In this document: piece after piece, positions 8,101 through 19,875 of the stretch | Layout: every line of letters begins with the position of its first letter | How positions within the stretch are numbered: position 1 is the stretch's first letter | Assembly: GCA_051362555.1 (NCBI GenBank) | Contig: CM120646.1 | Coordinates: 12,710,001-12,774,000, forward strand | Source: Lingula anatina | Taxonomy: Eukaryota; Animalia; Brachiopoda | DNA length: 64,000 bases | Reading direction: 5' to 3' | The notes under the pieces: generated by a model | What the model was told of the DNA's origin: nothing | Databases searched by the model: none | The model's input: only the letters and a program-made list of their open reading frames with translations | Translations under genes and position numbers: made by a program

Positions 8101-11087
8101 GAGAAGTATGGTACTTGCCACATCATGGAGTTTATCATCCACAGAAAGGAAAACTTCGTGTGGTATTTGATTGTTCTGCAACTTACAAACAAACCTCACT
8201 TAATCAACATTTACTAAGTGGTCCCGACTTAACAAGTAGCCTTCTAGGAGTTTTGATTAGATTTAGAGAACACCCAGTGGCAGTAGCATGTGATATTGAA
8301 AAAATGTTTCATCAATTCCTAGTGCAAGATAACGACAGAAATTACCTGCGATTTCTGTGGTGGAAAAATGGTGACATTACCAAGGAGCCAACGGTATTCA
8401 GGATGAAAGTACATCTTTTTGGGGCTACTTCATCGCCTGGTTGTGCCAATTTTGGTTTGAAATATCTTGCTAAAAGTTATGAGAATGAATACCCATTGGC
8501 AGCAGAATTTATTAAGCATCACTTCTATGTTGATGATGGTTTGACCAGCTCTGATGACGCAGATACCGCCATTCAGATTATCGATCAGGCAAGGAAATTG
8601 TGTGCCAGTGGAGGCATACGATTGCACAAGTTCTTGTCCAATAGCAGGGAGGTATTAGAAACAGTCCCAGAGTCTGAGCGTGCTACAGAGGTGAATGGTG
8701 TGGATTTGAATAAAGACAGATTGCCAGTTTCCACTGCATTGGGATTACAGTGGAATGTAGAAGATGATGTTTTTCAGTACAGAGCTTTTACCAGTGAAGT
8801 CAAGGCAAAAACACGCAGGGGAGTGCTATCTACAGTGGCATCCGTGTATGATCCTCAAGGCTTTCTATCCCCATTTATTCTTATTGGGAAGCAGATATTG
8901 CAACAAATGTGTAAAGAGAATTCTGCATGGGATGAAGAACTTTCCAATGATCTTATGCCACAGTGGGAAAAATGGTCTGAAGAATTGAAGGATATTCAAA
9001 ATATCAAGGTGGCCCGGTGTTTTATACCAAAGAACTTTGGAACAGTAATGCGAAGAGAACTTCATCATTTCTCTGATGCGAGTTTATCTGGATATGGACA
9101 ATGTTCTTATATACGACTTGTGAACGAGAAAAACGAAGTACATTGTTCTCTTGTCATGTCAAAGGCCAGAGTAACTCCATTGAAGGTTATCACCCTACCA
9201 AGATTGGAGCTCAATGCTGCAGTAGTCTCTCTCAAAATGAGCAAAGTTCTTGAATCTGAGATGACAGAGAAGTACCGTCATTATTTTTGGACAGATTCAA
9301 GGATTGTGCTAGGTTACATAAACAATGACACACGCAGATTTAAAATATATGTAGCCAACAGAGTAGAGCTGATCAAAGAAGCAACTTCCCCACAGCAATG
9401 GCACTATGTAAGAAGTGAAGACAACCCTGCAGATCACGCATCAAGAGGTTTGTCAGTGGAGAAGTTGAGAGACTCCACCTGGTTTACAGGACCAAGATTT
9501 CTTTGGAATCCTGATTTAGAGATGGCTGACATGCCCCACAATGATGTACAGTTACCAGAAATGGACCCAGAGATCAAAATGTCTTCTGTAAGGAGTACAC
9601 AGACAGTAGAAAAGAAATCCATGATAGAAAGACTCGAGAAATTTTCAGATTGGTCTAGAGCAGTCAGAGCAATTGCAAGGCTCAAAAGAAGAGCAAGAGG
9701 TATCAAAAATGCAAGTCTCACTTCAGAAGAGGAAAGGCAAGAAACGACCACATTCTTGATAAAATTAGCTCAAGAACAGAAGTTCGAGGGAAAACCTCCT
9801 AGTTCAACATTGAACCCCTTTAAAGACAATAAAGGAGTAATTCGTGTGGGAGGAAGGCTAGGACAATCAAGTTTTGCCTTTTCTGTTCAGCATCCAGTAA
9901 TATTACCCAAGGATAGCTATGTTTCAAAATTGATTGTATCTCATTTTCATAAACGCATTGGTCATATGGGCCGTGGTATGACTCTAAATGAAGTCAGAGC
10001 CAATGGATTTTGGATCCTTGCTGGAGGGAAGTTGACATCTGAAATTATTCACAGATGTGTTACATGCAGGAAAATGAGAAAACCAGTGGAAGAGCAGAAA
10101 ATGGCAGATTTGCCTTCTGATCGTGTGGAAGCATCATGTCCATTTGAATATAGTGCCATGGATTGCTTTGGTCCTTTCATTGTGAAACAGAATAGGAAGG
10201 AGTTCAAACGCTATGGTCTGTTATTTACCTGTTTATGTTCTAGAGCAGTGCATGTTGAAATGCTGGACGATATGTCATCAGATGCGTTTATAAATGCTCT
10301 TAGATGTTTCATTTCTATTAGAGGAAAAGTTCGCCAGATCAGATCAGATCAAGGGAGCAATTTTGTAGGTGCAAAGAATGAATTCACAGCTGCATTAAAG
10401 GAAATGGATGCTCAGAAGGTAGCTTGTTACCTAGCCAATCAAGATTGTGATTTTGTTATGAATGCACCTTATTCTAGTCATGTTGGTGGAGTATGGGAGC
10501 GGCAGATTCGTACTATAAGAAATGTATTAGCAGGAGTGATTAATCTCTGCCCAGGTAGATTGGATGATTCATCTTTACGCACACTGTTTTATGAAGCAAT
10601 GGCAATCGTAAACAGCCGTCCTCTATCAATAGCCAATATCAATGATCCTGAGTGTGCAGAGCCCCTGACACCTAATCACATTCTTACAATGAAATCCAGT
10701 GTGCCACTACCACCCCCAGGAAATTTTGTTTCTCAGGACATGTATCTCAGGAAAAGATGGAGAAGAGTTCAGTTTCTCACACAACAGTTCTGGAGCAGAT
10801 GGAGGAAAGAGTATCTTCAGAATCTTAACAAGAGACAGTGCTGGACAAGATGTAAGAGAAATATCACAGTGGGAGATATTGTTCTTGTTGTGGAACCTAA
10901 TGTAGCGCGAAACAGTTGGCCACTAGGCAGAGTGGTTGAATGTATTCCCAGCAAGGATAAATTAGTGCGCAAGGCCAAGATTTGTGTAGGAACTGATGAC
11001 TTAAATTCACTGGGAAAACGCGAAACCAAGCCAGTTATTTTAGAAAGACCAATTCAGAAGTTAGTGCTTTTGATTGAAAGTTGTTAG
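5139..11087 (+). CDS. BEL/Pao Gag-Pol polyprotein (1982 aa)
   Basis: Gag region PEPKVFAGNPLLFPEWK; three Zn knuckles (CTYC..H..C, CFGC..H..C, CGTC..H..H); protease ALLDTQS; RT FYVDD; Pao RNase H-like HHFSDAS; integrase HHCC and DDE (DCFGP, SDQGSNF, GGVWER). PR-RT-RH-IN order with three knuckles is diagnostic for BEL/Pao. Confidence 0.97.
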   Translation: MSLRYSENESTNSLTKKRTVTMTEKGKEYSVEIQGKRCKRLFGELSKIMERCNAIIKEGGSKTLLREEYAEWLQNCDQYFEIEDNLLKLQSHSDSAVIDEPRRKILLEFKRIMEQNLSSVTEHTEDSKSVSTRSRTSSRGSSTSSLLKLEEAQKQAELSIRASAMKVKQELERARLELKFKEEDLEMQTSLRVSQAKIDALNEFDKIHMPSVSLPVTTEAYTTDVSLPATAAVHVPSASLPVTTAVYTPEVSVPVTAVASTSEVPVSASTAIHAHMLSVPATTAAYTPEVSVPVTTTVLPPEVPLSATTAVHAHVMSVPATTSVYTPAASLPVTAAVRVPSVSLSAPDVSVPIATTAHMHAGSTPMATTDHTPAVSLDGLTEALQQSLSLGRLPVPEPKVFAGNPLLFPEWKNSFSVLIGRKALNATEKLFFLRKYTAGPAAKMIQGAFLRTDEAAFDDAWRKLNERFGDEFLIQKSFREKLDKWPKIPEKDGNALRDYSDFLNAVCDAMPHVKGLTVLNDYSENRKMVNKLPQFVSHRWNRQVTRSMKTEGYPSFRDFCAFLSEESEVACNPITSPLVNKVHDTVRALNVNAGVAEKKLCTYCEKEGHYISRCHDFGALTISKKREFVVKKNLCFGCLGQGHRNSDCRRKHVCGTCKGKHPTCMHEERQPPTSRETQSVNSLKVNQHHRQSSTTMIVPVWVSTQENPEHEVLTYALLDTQSDTTFLLEDTAAALNAETEHATLSLSTMLSQKSLIDSKKIRRLRVRGFKSTETLEIDQAFTREFIPADRTQIPTRKTVSDWQHLKPLLNKIPPLQTCDVGLLIGFNCPQALLPRETLVGGNSEPYAVQTILGWSIVGCSSRDNLASVCHRVTTKEVFPCMPRDVINALEKDFVHDKTEVEMSQEDLQFLRVQETNIQQLDNGHIQMPLPFRRRPALPDNKSQALQRLDHLRRKFERDPSYRESYTSMVQGIIDRGEAEEAPDDTIKGEVWYLPHHGVYHPQKGKLRVVFDCSATYKQTSLNQHLLSGPDLTSSLLGVLIRFREHPVAVACDIEKMFHQFLVQDNDRNYLRFLWWKNGDITKEPTVFRMKVHLFGATSSPGCANFGLKYLAKSYENEYPLAAEFIKHHFYVDDGLTSSDDADTAIQIIDQARKLCASGGIRLHKFLSNSREVLETVPESERATEVNGVDLNKDRLPVSTALGLQWNVEDDVFQYRAFTSEVKAKTRRGVLSTVASVYDPQGFLSPFILIGKQILQQMCKENSAWDEELSNDLMPQWEKWSEELKDIQNIKVARCFIPKNFGTVMRRELHHFSDASLSGYGQCSYIRLVNEKNEVHCSLVMSKARVTPLKVITLPRLELNAAVVSLKMSKVLESEMTEKYRHYFWTDSRIVLGYINNDTRRFKIYVANRVELIKEATSPQQWHYVRSEDNPADHASRGLSVEKLRDSTWFTGPRFLWNPDLEMADMPHNDVQLPEMDPEIKMSSVRSTQTVEKKSMIERLEKFSDWSRAVRAIARLKRRARGIKNASLTSEEERQETTTFLIKLAQEQKFEGKPPSSTLNPFKDNKGVIRVGGRLGQSSFAFSVQHPVILPKDSYVSKLIVSHFHKRIGHMGRGMTLNEVRANGFWILAGGKLTSEIIHRCVTCRKMRKPVEEQKMADLPSDRVEASCPFEYSAMDCFGPFIVKQNRKEFKRYGLLFTCLCSRAVHVEMLDDMSSDAFINALRCFISIRGKVRQIRSDQGSNFVGAKNEFTAALKEMDAQKVACYLANQDCDFVMNAPYSSHVGGVWERQIRTIRNVLAGVINLCPGRLDDSSLRTLFYEAMAIVNSRPLSIANINDPECAEPLTPNHILTMKSSVPLPPPGNFVSQDMYLRKRWRRVQFLTQQFWSRWRKEYLQNLNKRQCWTRCKRNITVGDIVLVVEPNVARNSWPLGRVVECIPSKDKLVRKAKICVGTDDLNSLGKRETKPVILERPIQKLVLLIESC

Positions 11088-11636
11088 TACTCTCTGAATG
11101 TAATTAGGACTGTAAGTGAGTGAGTTGCTCAATGACTAACTGTTTAAAACTTGTAGTTAAGTTTGAATGTTGATGTTGTGAGTTTTATTGTTTAAGGTAG
11201 GATATAAATTTTTTGGATTCATTCCCACTGTTTAAGTTGGTAACTTAGATCATGAATCCTTTAAAAAATGTCATTTCATTTTTAGTTCTCAGTCTTCACG
11301 GTGACTTGGAAAATAGACAAAGCTAGTTTCACAATAGGTCTAGGGTGTGAACGGTGAGTTATGGGTGTAAGAAAGTATGTCAGTGTACTATATTAAGGTG
11401 ACATGTGGATTTACCTTAAGCAACAAGTTATAAAGGAAATTAAGGTAGAACATATAACCTTTACATGCAGCGGTTAATGTATTGATAGCAAATAGTGTTT
11501 ATTTTGTGTTTATCATTTACTCCTTGATCTTTGAATCCAGTTTTACATTGGAAATGATTTTTTTTTTTTTGGTATTATATTTAATTTAATGCACTCTTAA
11601 TGTTGTTAAAAATCTTAGATAGATTTTGGGGGGGTG

Positions 11637-12353
11637 TGTAACTGCAGCCAGTAATGTTAGTGATTGCGATAGATGCTCTCACAAGATTGCGACGGAAGTA
11701 TGCATTTTTTTTGTTTGCGTTTATTTTACTACGCGGGAAAATAAGTTCTGCACGAAGATAGCTTACTTAACTTATCTTTTACACTTTGTGATTGTGTTTC
11801 TTTAAATTATTATTGTCTTTTGGTTTTCATTATTTACATTTTTGCAGTTAAACATATATATATATTTTTTACATTGTTAAAACGCAGTCATTTTTGTTCT
11901 TCCGGTACTATTTTTTGTTGTAAGATGTCCGAAACCATGTGGTTTCATGCAAAAGAGCGCTTCACATTTAACAGATATTTCTTAAGTCAAGGTAATTTAT
12001 TCTATCTTTTTTATTATATAACAATAGTTAAAGGCTAATAATTTAAAATGCAAAAGTAACAAAATGTCCAAACCTAGAAGTAAGTCTTATAACTTAAGTG
12101 TGTAAGCGAAAGCGTGTAAGCGAAAGCCCTTATTAGAAAAACTGTATAACAAGTTAATGAGTATACTTAGATTGTAACGCAACGAAAGGTAAAATAATAA
12201 CGAACGAAGTCTAAGTACTATATTTGTTTATTATTACAGGATTACAGTAAAGGGTATAGACATCAACGTTTTCACTGTTAAACTAATGGAGATCATGACT
12301 TGTATTTACGGAAGAATAAAAAGAATACAACTGCAATATGAGCCTCCGTTATA
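11637..12353 (+). repeat. 3' LTR (717 bp)
   Basis: Copy of 4438-5154 at offset 7199. The only difference noticed by eye is TTTTATT versus TTTATTC near 4797/11996. Confidence 0.95.
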
Positions 12354-12636
12354 CACGTTTTGAACATTCCAAACGAAAAATGATTTGTGGTATTTGACAA
12401 AGAGAAATGATGGCAACGACTTTGTCGAAGATAACATACATGTGCATTTGCAGCATTAACTTACGAACGCAGTTTAGAGTTTTATCCCCGGCATAAAGAT
12501 TTCGTTGTATTATTTTTTATTCATGGCAACAGGCACACAATACATGATACAGAACAGAAAAGTACATCACTTACAAACACGGAAGACGATACACGCGCAT
12601 GTGTGAATTTGTCTCTCTGAACTGTTGTGTGTATAT

Positions 12637-12670
<34 letters not shown>

Positions 12671-13078
12671 GTCTTATCTCTATGATACCTGGTTTACAAT
12701 CCAACCGTTATCAACATTCAATAATGCGCAATATTGATAATATTATCATTTGTAGAAATCTTAATCAAATACTGCCGTGGGATGACATGAAAGGAACGGT
12801 AGTGTTCATTACAGTTTCAGCATCACTGCGTTCTCTGCACTTTTTAATATTTTCAGTGATGCCCCAGTACACTTGACGTAGGACAATATTATGCCGTAGA
12901 CGCATGCATCTTATTACCCTATGTTTCTTTTTATTACCATTACGAAAATATGTCAAATCTGAATAGGACATATAGTTAATTGTATATATAAATCCTTCTT
13001 GAAAATCCTTCTTCAATTGTAATGCACAAGTTATCAGATTCAGATTTTTCCCGTTCAAGACTAAAAAGTGAGAAAAGG

Positions 13079-14229
13079 ACGTATGTTAAGATACTTCATG
13101 GTATATTACCACTTCATGGGATAAATGCTCTGATTTTACTGTCAAATCGACTTCATAGGATAAATTGCGACTTCATCTCCACATAAGATATTGCCTGCGA
13201 CTTCATGGGATAATGGTGAAATAGTACCTGTTGTTGGCCCAACGCTATGAGAGAGAACGTTTTTGAAATATAATGTTTTTGTACTGTAAATATTATCCAA
13301 AATAGGTAAACTGTACGTTTTAATTCACTTGTATGACTGAATAGGGTTTCTTTAGTGGTATTGGATGCATGTTTTGAGTAATTTTAAAATACACAGGCGT
13401 ATGTCGGTGAGGATTCAGTATTTCTAAAAATCAGTACATTATGGGACATTATGGTCAGCGTTGAAGAAAAGGGGGTGCAGACCCCCTGGGCCCTCCCTTC
13501 CCAGATCCGCTTGATGCATAAAACTAATGGATCAGGTAAACCAGGCTATGAAAACATAATTTACGCATAGGTTACTGGATTATAAGACTAATTTTTCCAT
13601 GAGGAAAGACACGCGCAAGTGTAATGATTTACGTCTGTCCCTTGGTTTCCGAGATGCTCTGTTCTGGTCCTACACCTGTGAATGTCCATCATGATGTGAT
13701 CAATGGTGTCTCCGAAATGTGCCCTTGGCTGGCTCTCATTTGACCCGAAAGTATTATCTGCGGCACAGTCTGCATTTGGAAACCTGTTAATAAGGCGTTC
13801 GGAGGGGGGGGGAGGCCTACTTGTTGTTTAGCAGCCTAACTAACGTAGTTGATCAGCGAGATCAACAGGCTTGTAGATTGATATTTATTCAGAATTGTGG
13901 TTGATTGTTAATTATTGTGGTTGATTGTAATTTTTACATCGTAATTTCTGCCATCTACCTTTAGTAGTGGGACTTTGCAGTCCTTTGGGGGGGGGGGGGG
14001 GGTATATATTTTTTATATCGTTGTTACTGGTATCCTCCATCCATTAAAGTGAGGAACATGAGACGTTGGGGATATTTAAACTTGCCATTAGGGATGTGCA
14101 CGTGTCCTTCGGATTTTTGGTGACTTTGGTGACCTAGGGGTGGTTGATTTTTATCTTTAAATTGTATTTTCTGCTATATACCCATAGGTCTTTAGGTTGA
14201 GGAAACTAAAATGTCGGGGTTTGCATAGG

Positions 14230-14274
<45 letters not shown>

Positions 14275-16859
14275 TGTGACCTGGGGTGTGGCTGTCCCTG
14301 GTACACATATATATTACCGTAATTTATTTCATCTCCCCCTAGAGCATTCGAATAAGGAACATGAGTCTTTGGTGCATGGGTGGGCTACATTAGTGTGACT
14401 TGGGGTGTGACCGTCCCTAGGGAGTGGAGTGATTAGTGGTTTGCAGGCAATGAAGCTGATTCCATAGATTGCACTTAAGATTCCTTGCAGAGTTGGACCG
14501 ACCCAGCTAGTACTACATCCTATGTGTGAATCTGATGGCGGTTAGGAAGGAAGGGGAAATGTAGAGAAAGCAGCAGACAGTACTAAATAACAGACTTTCA
14601 GTCGTATTCTTAAATATAGGTCAAGTTAATTAAAACCCATTCAAGACCCCATACTCTCAGGAATCCTAGGGTCCAAGTCCCATTGTTCTTTAACATAAAA
14701 CACACATGTTAATTACTGCTCTTGGGAAATAAACATTTTGTTTTGTGTTAAGACACAACAGCAGTCAAACGCTAGGATTCCTGATAGAGTGTGTGGGGCC
14801 TTGAATTAGTTTTTAATTGGATTCCCTGACCTATATTTATGCATATGGCTGGAAGTCCATTTAGTTCTGTATGTGCTTCTGCTGTTCTCTACATTTCTCA
14901 AGGACCCTTGCACATTCATTAAAATGACTGGTTCATCAATTTCCGTTTCATGTTCCTTAAAATTTAAGGGTATAGATGGCAGAAATAAAGTTGTGAAAAA
15001 CAGAATCAACCACCCCCCGGGATAGCCACACCTGAAATATCATACTAACATTCCTGGAAACCTATGCATATCCTCAATGGTAAGCTTATCAGCCCGGAAG
15101 GTTTCATGTTCCTAACTGTAATGGCGTAAGGGTAGAAGCATGAATAACGATGTAAAATTTAAAATCAACCTCCCCAGGGACGGCCACACCCAATGTCACA
15201 AAAACCCAGAAGGACCCATACACATCCCCAAAGACAGATTTTTCAGTCCCCATAGCCTTACGTTCCCAGCTTTATTGTTCTTAAGGATAGATATAGCGGA
15301 ATAACAATGTCAATTAGACTCAACCGCCCCCAGCCCCCCCCCCCCCCCCCCCCAAAAAAAAAAAAAAATCCGAAGTGCCCTTCCACATTCAAAATAGTAT
15401 GTAGCCACGTTTCATGTTCCTAGCATAAAATCCGATGTAAAAATTAGAATAGACCACCCCCAGGGTCGACCACACCCCAAGTCACAATTGAATTCCGAAG
15501 AGCCTTTGCAAATTCCTATAATGATAGGTTTATTAATCCCCGACGTATCAAGTTCTTAACTATGATGGTTTAGGAAGTAACAATGTGAAATAGATTATGT
15601 ATGTATATAATGAATTGTCCACCACAGGGAAAGCTTGACCAATGTAAGCGTACCTAGCCGAGACCACCCCGTCCCCATTCCAATTCTACCTCTATAGAAC
15701 TTCACACTAGCTATTTATTGACTTAGAAAAAATTCTGGTTGCAAAATGCGTTGCGGTTGAAAAATTCGTTTTCACGATTTTCATTGGTTGCAAAATGCGT
15801 TGCAGTTGCAAAATGCGGCGCTACACCAGTTTTATGAATCCCCAGTATTTCATTCTCCCCGACATCTATCTGGACAGTTGACCGTTTCAAATCATTCAGA
15901 TTTCACACTTTCCGACCTAAGCGTTTTCATTAAGTATATAGGCCAGGAGGTCAATATTTTTAAACGACCGAGATATTTTCGAAACATTTATGTTGCATAT
16001 CAATAGAAAAGCCTATTTTTACAGCTTGTTATTGCAAGTCATAACATTTATGTCATAGTTACAAAAGAGATACTTCTATAACACGAATAATGGAATAGAC
16101 GGTTTGTTAAAGATATTAATGTACACCTAGTGTGGAGCAAAATTAAAACCTCTCTGCCTAGTAGAGTTCTCTACCTACAGTGGAAACACATACATTCTTG
16201 CTACTGTGTACTAGCCACATCTATAAACCTGCGCCGTCAATCAAAGCACACATGGTCAGTTTTATGCCCTAGTTTAAAGGCAGGCTATGTGTTTATTTAT
16301 ACACTTCGTTTGTCTTATACATCTAGTGCCTTAGACCCGCCATGATTCAACGTCCAAATATTGTCAGTTTTTAATCGTCCTGAAATCTGAAAAATCTCAA
16401 AACTAAATGGGTAAAACAAAAAACTAGCTTTATGCTTTCCGTCGCTGGATCGGAGCTCTTGAGATAAAATACATTATTTATAGAAGTTAATCTCACGGGT
16501 ATCTACGAGAACATCTGAAAATAACAGCTTCATTAAACTCCAACGAGATAAAATACGCACTATCATGAGTAATGTTACCCCCCCCCCCCCCCCACACACA
16601 CACACACACCCCATTTCAAATACACACGTCACTCTGGAAATCATGGTCTAGAATGAAACTTCATATCGACCTTTACGCCTAATTTCCACATCCAACCAGA
16701 ACTGAAACATGTTTGGATACAATGTACCATGAAGTGGTAATATACTACGAAGTCTCCTAAGGGTCCTTATTTTTTAACCAATGAAGTCGCCTTCTATCAT
16801 GAAGTAGTAATTCTTATCCTATGAAGTGGTAATATACCATGAAGTATCTTAACAGACGT
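13079..16859. mobile_element. Non-coding element with terminal inverted repeats (foldback-like non-autonomous DNA transposon)
   Basis: ~45-bp TIR ACGT(A/C)TGTTAAGATACTTCATGGTATATTACCACTTCAT(G/A)GGATAA at 13079 and inverted ending 16859; multiple subterminal ACTTCAT/ATGAAGT motifs; no long ORF inside. Confidence 0.7.
13900..15600. repeat. Two oppositely oriented arrays of a ~156-bp degenerate repeat around a central hairpin
   Basis: GTTTCATGTTCCT-like anchor recurs at ~14945, 15101, 15257, 15409 and 15545. Reverse-complement units (GGTTGATT...TTTCTGCCATCTA; AGGAACATGA) occupy ~13900-14420. Hairpin 14627-14818. Confidence 0.7.
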
Positions 16860-17003
16860 ACATTTCACAAATCATTCCATGCCCCAGCCTCAGCACTAGG
16901 ATCTGTCGATAATTATCCAATGTGAACAGAGTTTCCAATGACGTCATGCACGTAAGGAATATAATGCTGAGGCCGCTGTGCACCAAGTCAGCTTACTACA
17001 GTC

Positions 17004-18608
17004 ATGGCACAGATCTTGCACGTTGTCAGCCTGGCTCTTATTGTGCTGGTGGCGTATAGCATATACGCCAGTGGTAAGTTAGGCATTTTATTGTTACGGT
17101 AATTGCTGTTTCTGTTTAAGTACTTAAGTCATGTTAAGTCAGTATTTGTTGGTAGAGATCCTGGATTAAATGACAGTAAAATAGACCATTATAATTCTTA
17201 AAAATTAATTCATCTGGGAAAATATACACCAATACTGCCACTTTGTCAAGACACACTTATTCCAATTTGCCCCTTAGCGTTGGAGTGTTACCATTGCTCA
17301 TATAACCAAGCAAATGGGACAGCTGAAGACTATGCCTGTGTGAACGACACAGACAACGTGAAGACTGGTCAGGTAAAAATAAACTGCCAGCCAAACGAAG
17401 TTTGCAAAATCCACCAAATAGCATTATACGGTAAGTGACAATAACAACTTACTCACTGTGAAAAAAGTAAAGCGCTTTTTTTTTGTTTGGTTGGTTTTTA
17501 TTTATTCACTGTACTTACCAATTCATACGAAATTTAAGATATATTCGTATCTATCTAAAAAGTTATTACAGCCTGAAGGTCACTTTTTTGTATCAAGTGG
17601 CCAATTGGCATCAGCTGACATCATTGTACATGTCTTGAATTCCTGTGTTTATTTACCGCCTTTAACTTTATCATACAATACAACCCTTAATCTCCTGTTA
17701 TATTTTTTATTTGGGCTGTGGTAAATGGACCCCGATGGTCTTTGTTTAGTCTTTTTATATCAAGCTTTATTGCCTTACATTCTATTCAAATAAGGGGGCA
17801 GTTGATGTTGGCCTTTTCTTATCTTTTAATTTGAAAAATGTATGTACGGCTGATATCTTGGGTTATGGAGGAAGTACCTCATATGTATAGACAGAGTTTG
17901 TTAAATGATAGACTCCCGGCCAATGTTCAATGTCGTGACAGGTCTAATGGGTCCATAACTCCCGTAATAGGGTCTAACTTCATGTGATTTTTTGACATTG
18001 AAAACCTATAGTCAGAATTAAGAAATCACTGTGTAGGCACTTTTCTATAAATGTTATGCATGTACAGCACGTTATATTTACAACGCGCATGTATGCCTAT
18101 TCTAGAGAAAATAAATATTTAATAAATGAGATATAGGCATAAACCAGTAACAATTGACGCCGTACATAAGGCATTTCTGGTGAGCTTGCTAAATAGCTGT
18201 TATCTCTGTGAAGCATTAAAGATGATAATAAAATGTTATATCATGATAAAATAATTAATGTCTAACACCTTTATGTCTGTCTATCGTTTAGGTTCAGGCG
18301 AAATCACCTCTTACTTCCGGGAGTGCGGACAGTACGAGGAAACCCAATGTCGCCAAGGTGGTAGTGGCAAAAGAGACTGCGTGTTTTCATGCAATATAAC
18401 TCTTTGCAACAACCGATCAACTCCAATACCTGACCCCAACGGCACGTGGCCGTCTACAGTCGGACCGTCGACCACTGTCCTAACCACTTTACCGTCGGGA
18501 AATATCACCACCACTACCTCTGAGCCCAGTGGATCACAGTCCCTTTCCGTGACGTCTCTGGCAGCGATGATTTTCTCGTTTTTCATATGCTGCGTTCTTT
18601 TTATATAA
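17004..18608 (+). CDS. Ly6/uPAR three-finger GPI-anchored protein, locus 2 (~179 aa, 3 exons)
   Basis: Exons 17004-17073 (signal peptide MAQILHVVSLALIVLVAYSIYAS), 17278-17430 (LECYHCSY...YACVND...NCQPNEVC), 18292-18608 (RECG...QC...DCVFSCNITLCN, Ser/Thr stalk, hydrophobic tail). Both introns are GT-AG phase 1; 10 LU cysteines. Confidence 0.92.
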
Positions 18609-19875
18609 AAATTGGAATTAACAATTAAATCCAAAGAATGCACATGGGTTTCTGGGTAGAGGGAAATTTCTCATCAAATGAAATATGACGTTCAACTTAT
18701 GACTGCATTTTATTTCTCGCAGGAAGTGCCGTCTACAACGGAAATGACGTCACAGAAAACGAAGCTGAATATGACTTTTCTTTATGATGGTTTGATATGG
18801 TTTCTACCTCCTCAGCAAATCACTTGAAGTAATTGCTATACCTCCATTCTAACTAGGAAATTATTCTTCAAAGTAGTTTTTTAGATGCGAAAAATAGAAA
18901 ACTAAAAACCTATTGACTACAGTATATTTTTTTAATTCTTAACATTCGTACTGCTTACGGTATACATACAATAAATATTGAATTCATGTATGATTTGTTG
19001 AAATTAAAAATATATGTATGTTGCTTTGAGTGGTAGCGTTAGATAGCGATGCTCTTGTACTGTATATCACACAAACACATGTTCGATTATCGCCCTAAAT
19101 GTCACAATTGATAAATATCTCAACACTTGTCTGACTTCGACATGTCCATAGTCCACAAACAATTTATCTGTTATGAAGCATTACACCCTGTGTCCATCAA
19201 TGATGGCAATGTGACTGTGATGCAACCTTACCTTAGCTGAAGGTTTATCAAATCATTGCTAGGCAGCTGACAGTGAAAATAATTTAATCTTGCAAAGATC
19301 AAAATTCGTTTGCAATGAATTATTATGCCTATAATTAAATGGCCGAGGCAATACCCGTGCTATTTACAAAGTAAGAAAACGATTGTGTACTCGTACATTT
19401 AATTCTTCACTGTTAAAAAAAATTAAAATTGAGAATCAGATAGATTGTGGTCTTCTTTGCATTCTTATACAGTTTGATTATTTGTTATGCTTCCTTGAAC
19501 AAGCTTTCTCTTAATGGATAGTTTAAAGTCAACATAACCAATAAAATCCAATATATGTACGCGAAATCAAAAAGGTGTGAAAATAGGAAGTGCACTTTGA
19601 ACGAAAAGAAACGCTGCGAGATAGAGTTGTACTTTCAAAACTGCCATCCAGACCCAGTATTGCCACAAATATTAGTCTTTTAGTAAGCAGTGTTATTAAA
19701 ACCGAATAAAAGGATCCAGAATTCATCCTAAATTTATTGAATATGGGCTCATGCAGCGGCATATGCAGGGTGCGTATCGCAACAATTTTAGATCACTTGA
19801 TTAGATAAAATGTATGTATAATCATCACATGATTCACAGTTCTCTCACTTCGTTGTTCAACCTTACATTTCAAAT

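Larger units (their letters stand above)
4438..12353 (+). mobile_element. Full-length BEL/Pao LTR retrotransposon
   Basis: Near-identical direct repeats at 4438-5154 and 11637-12353; 5-bp target site duplication CACGT at 4433-4437 and 12354-12358; G-rich polypurine tract just before the 3' LTR; single intact gag-pol ORF. Confidence 0.97.

Noticed and set aside
11088-11636. Possible env-like gene in the retrotransposon 3' region
   Set aside because: Only ~550 bp with no ORF of useful length.
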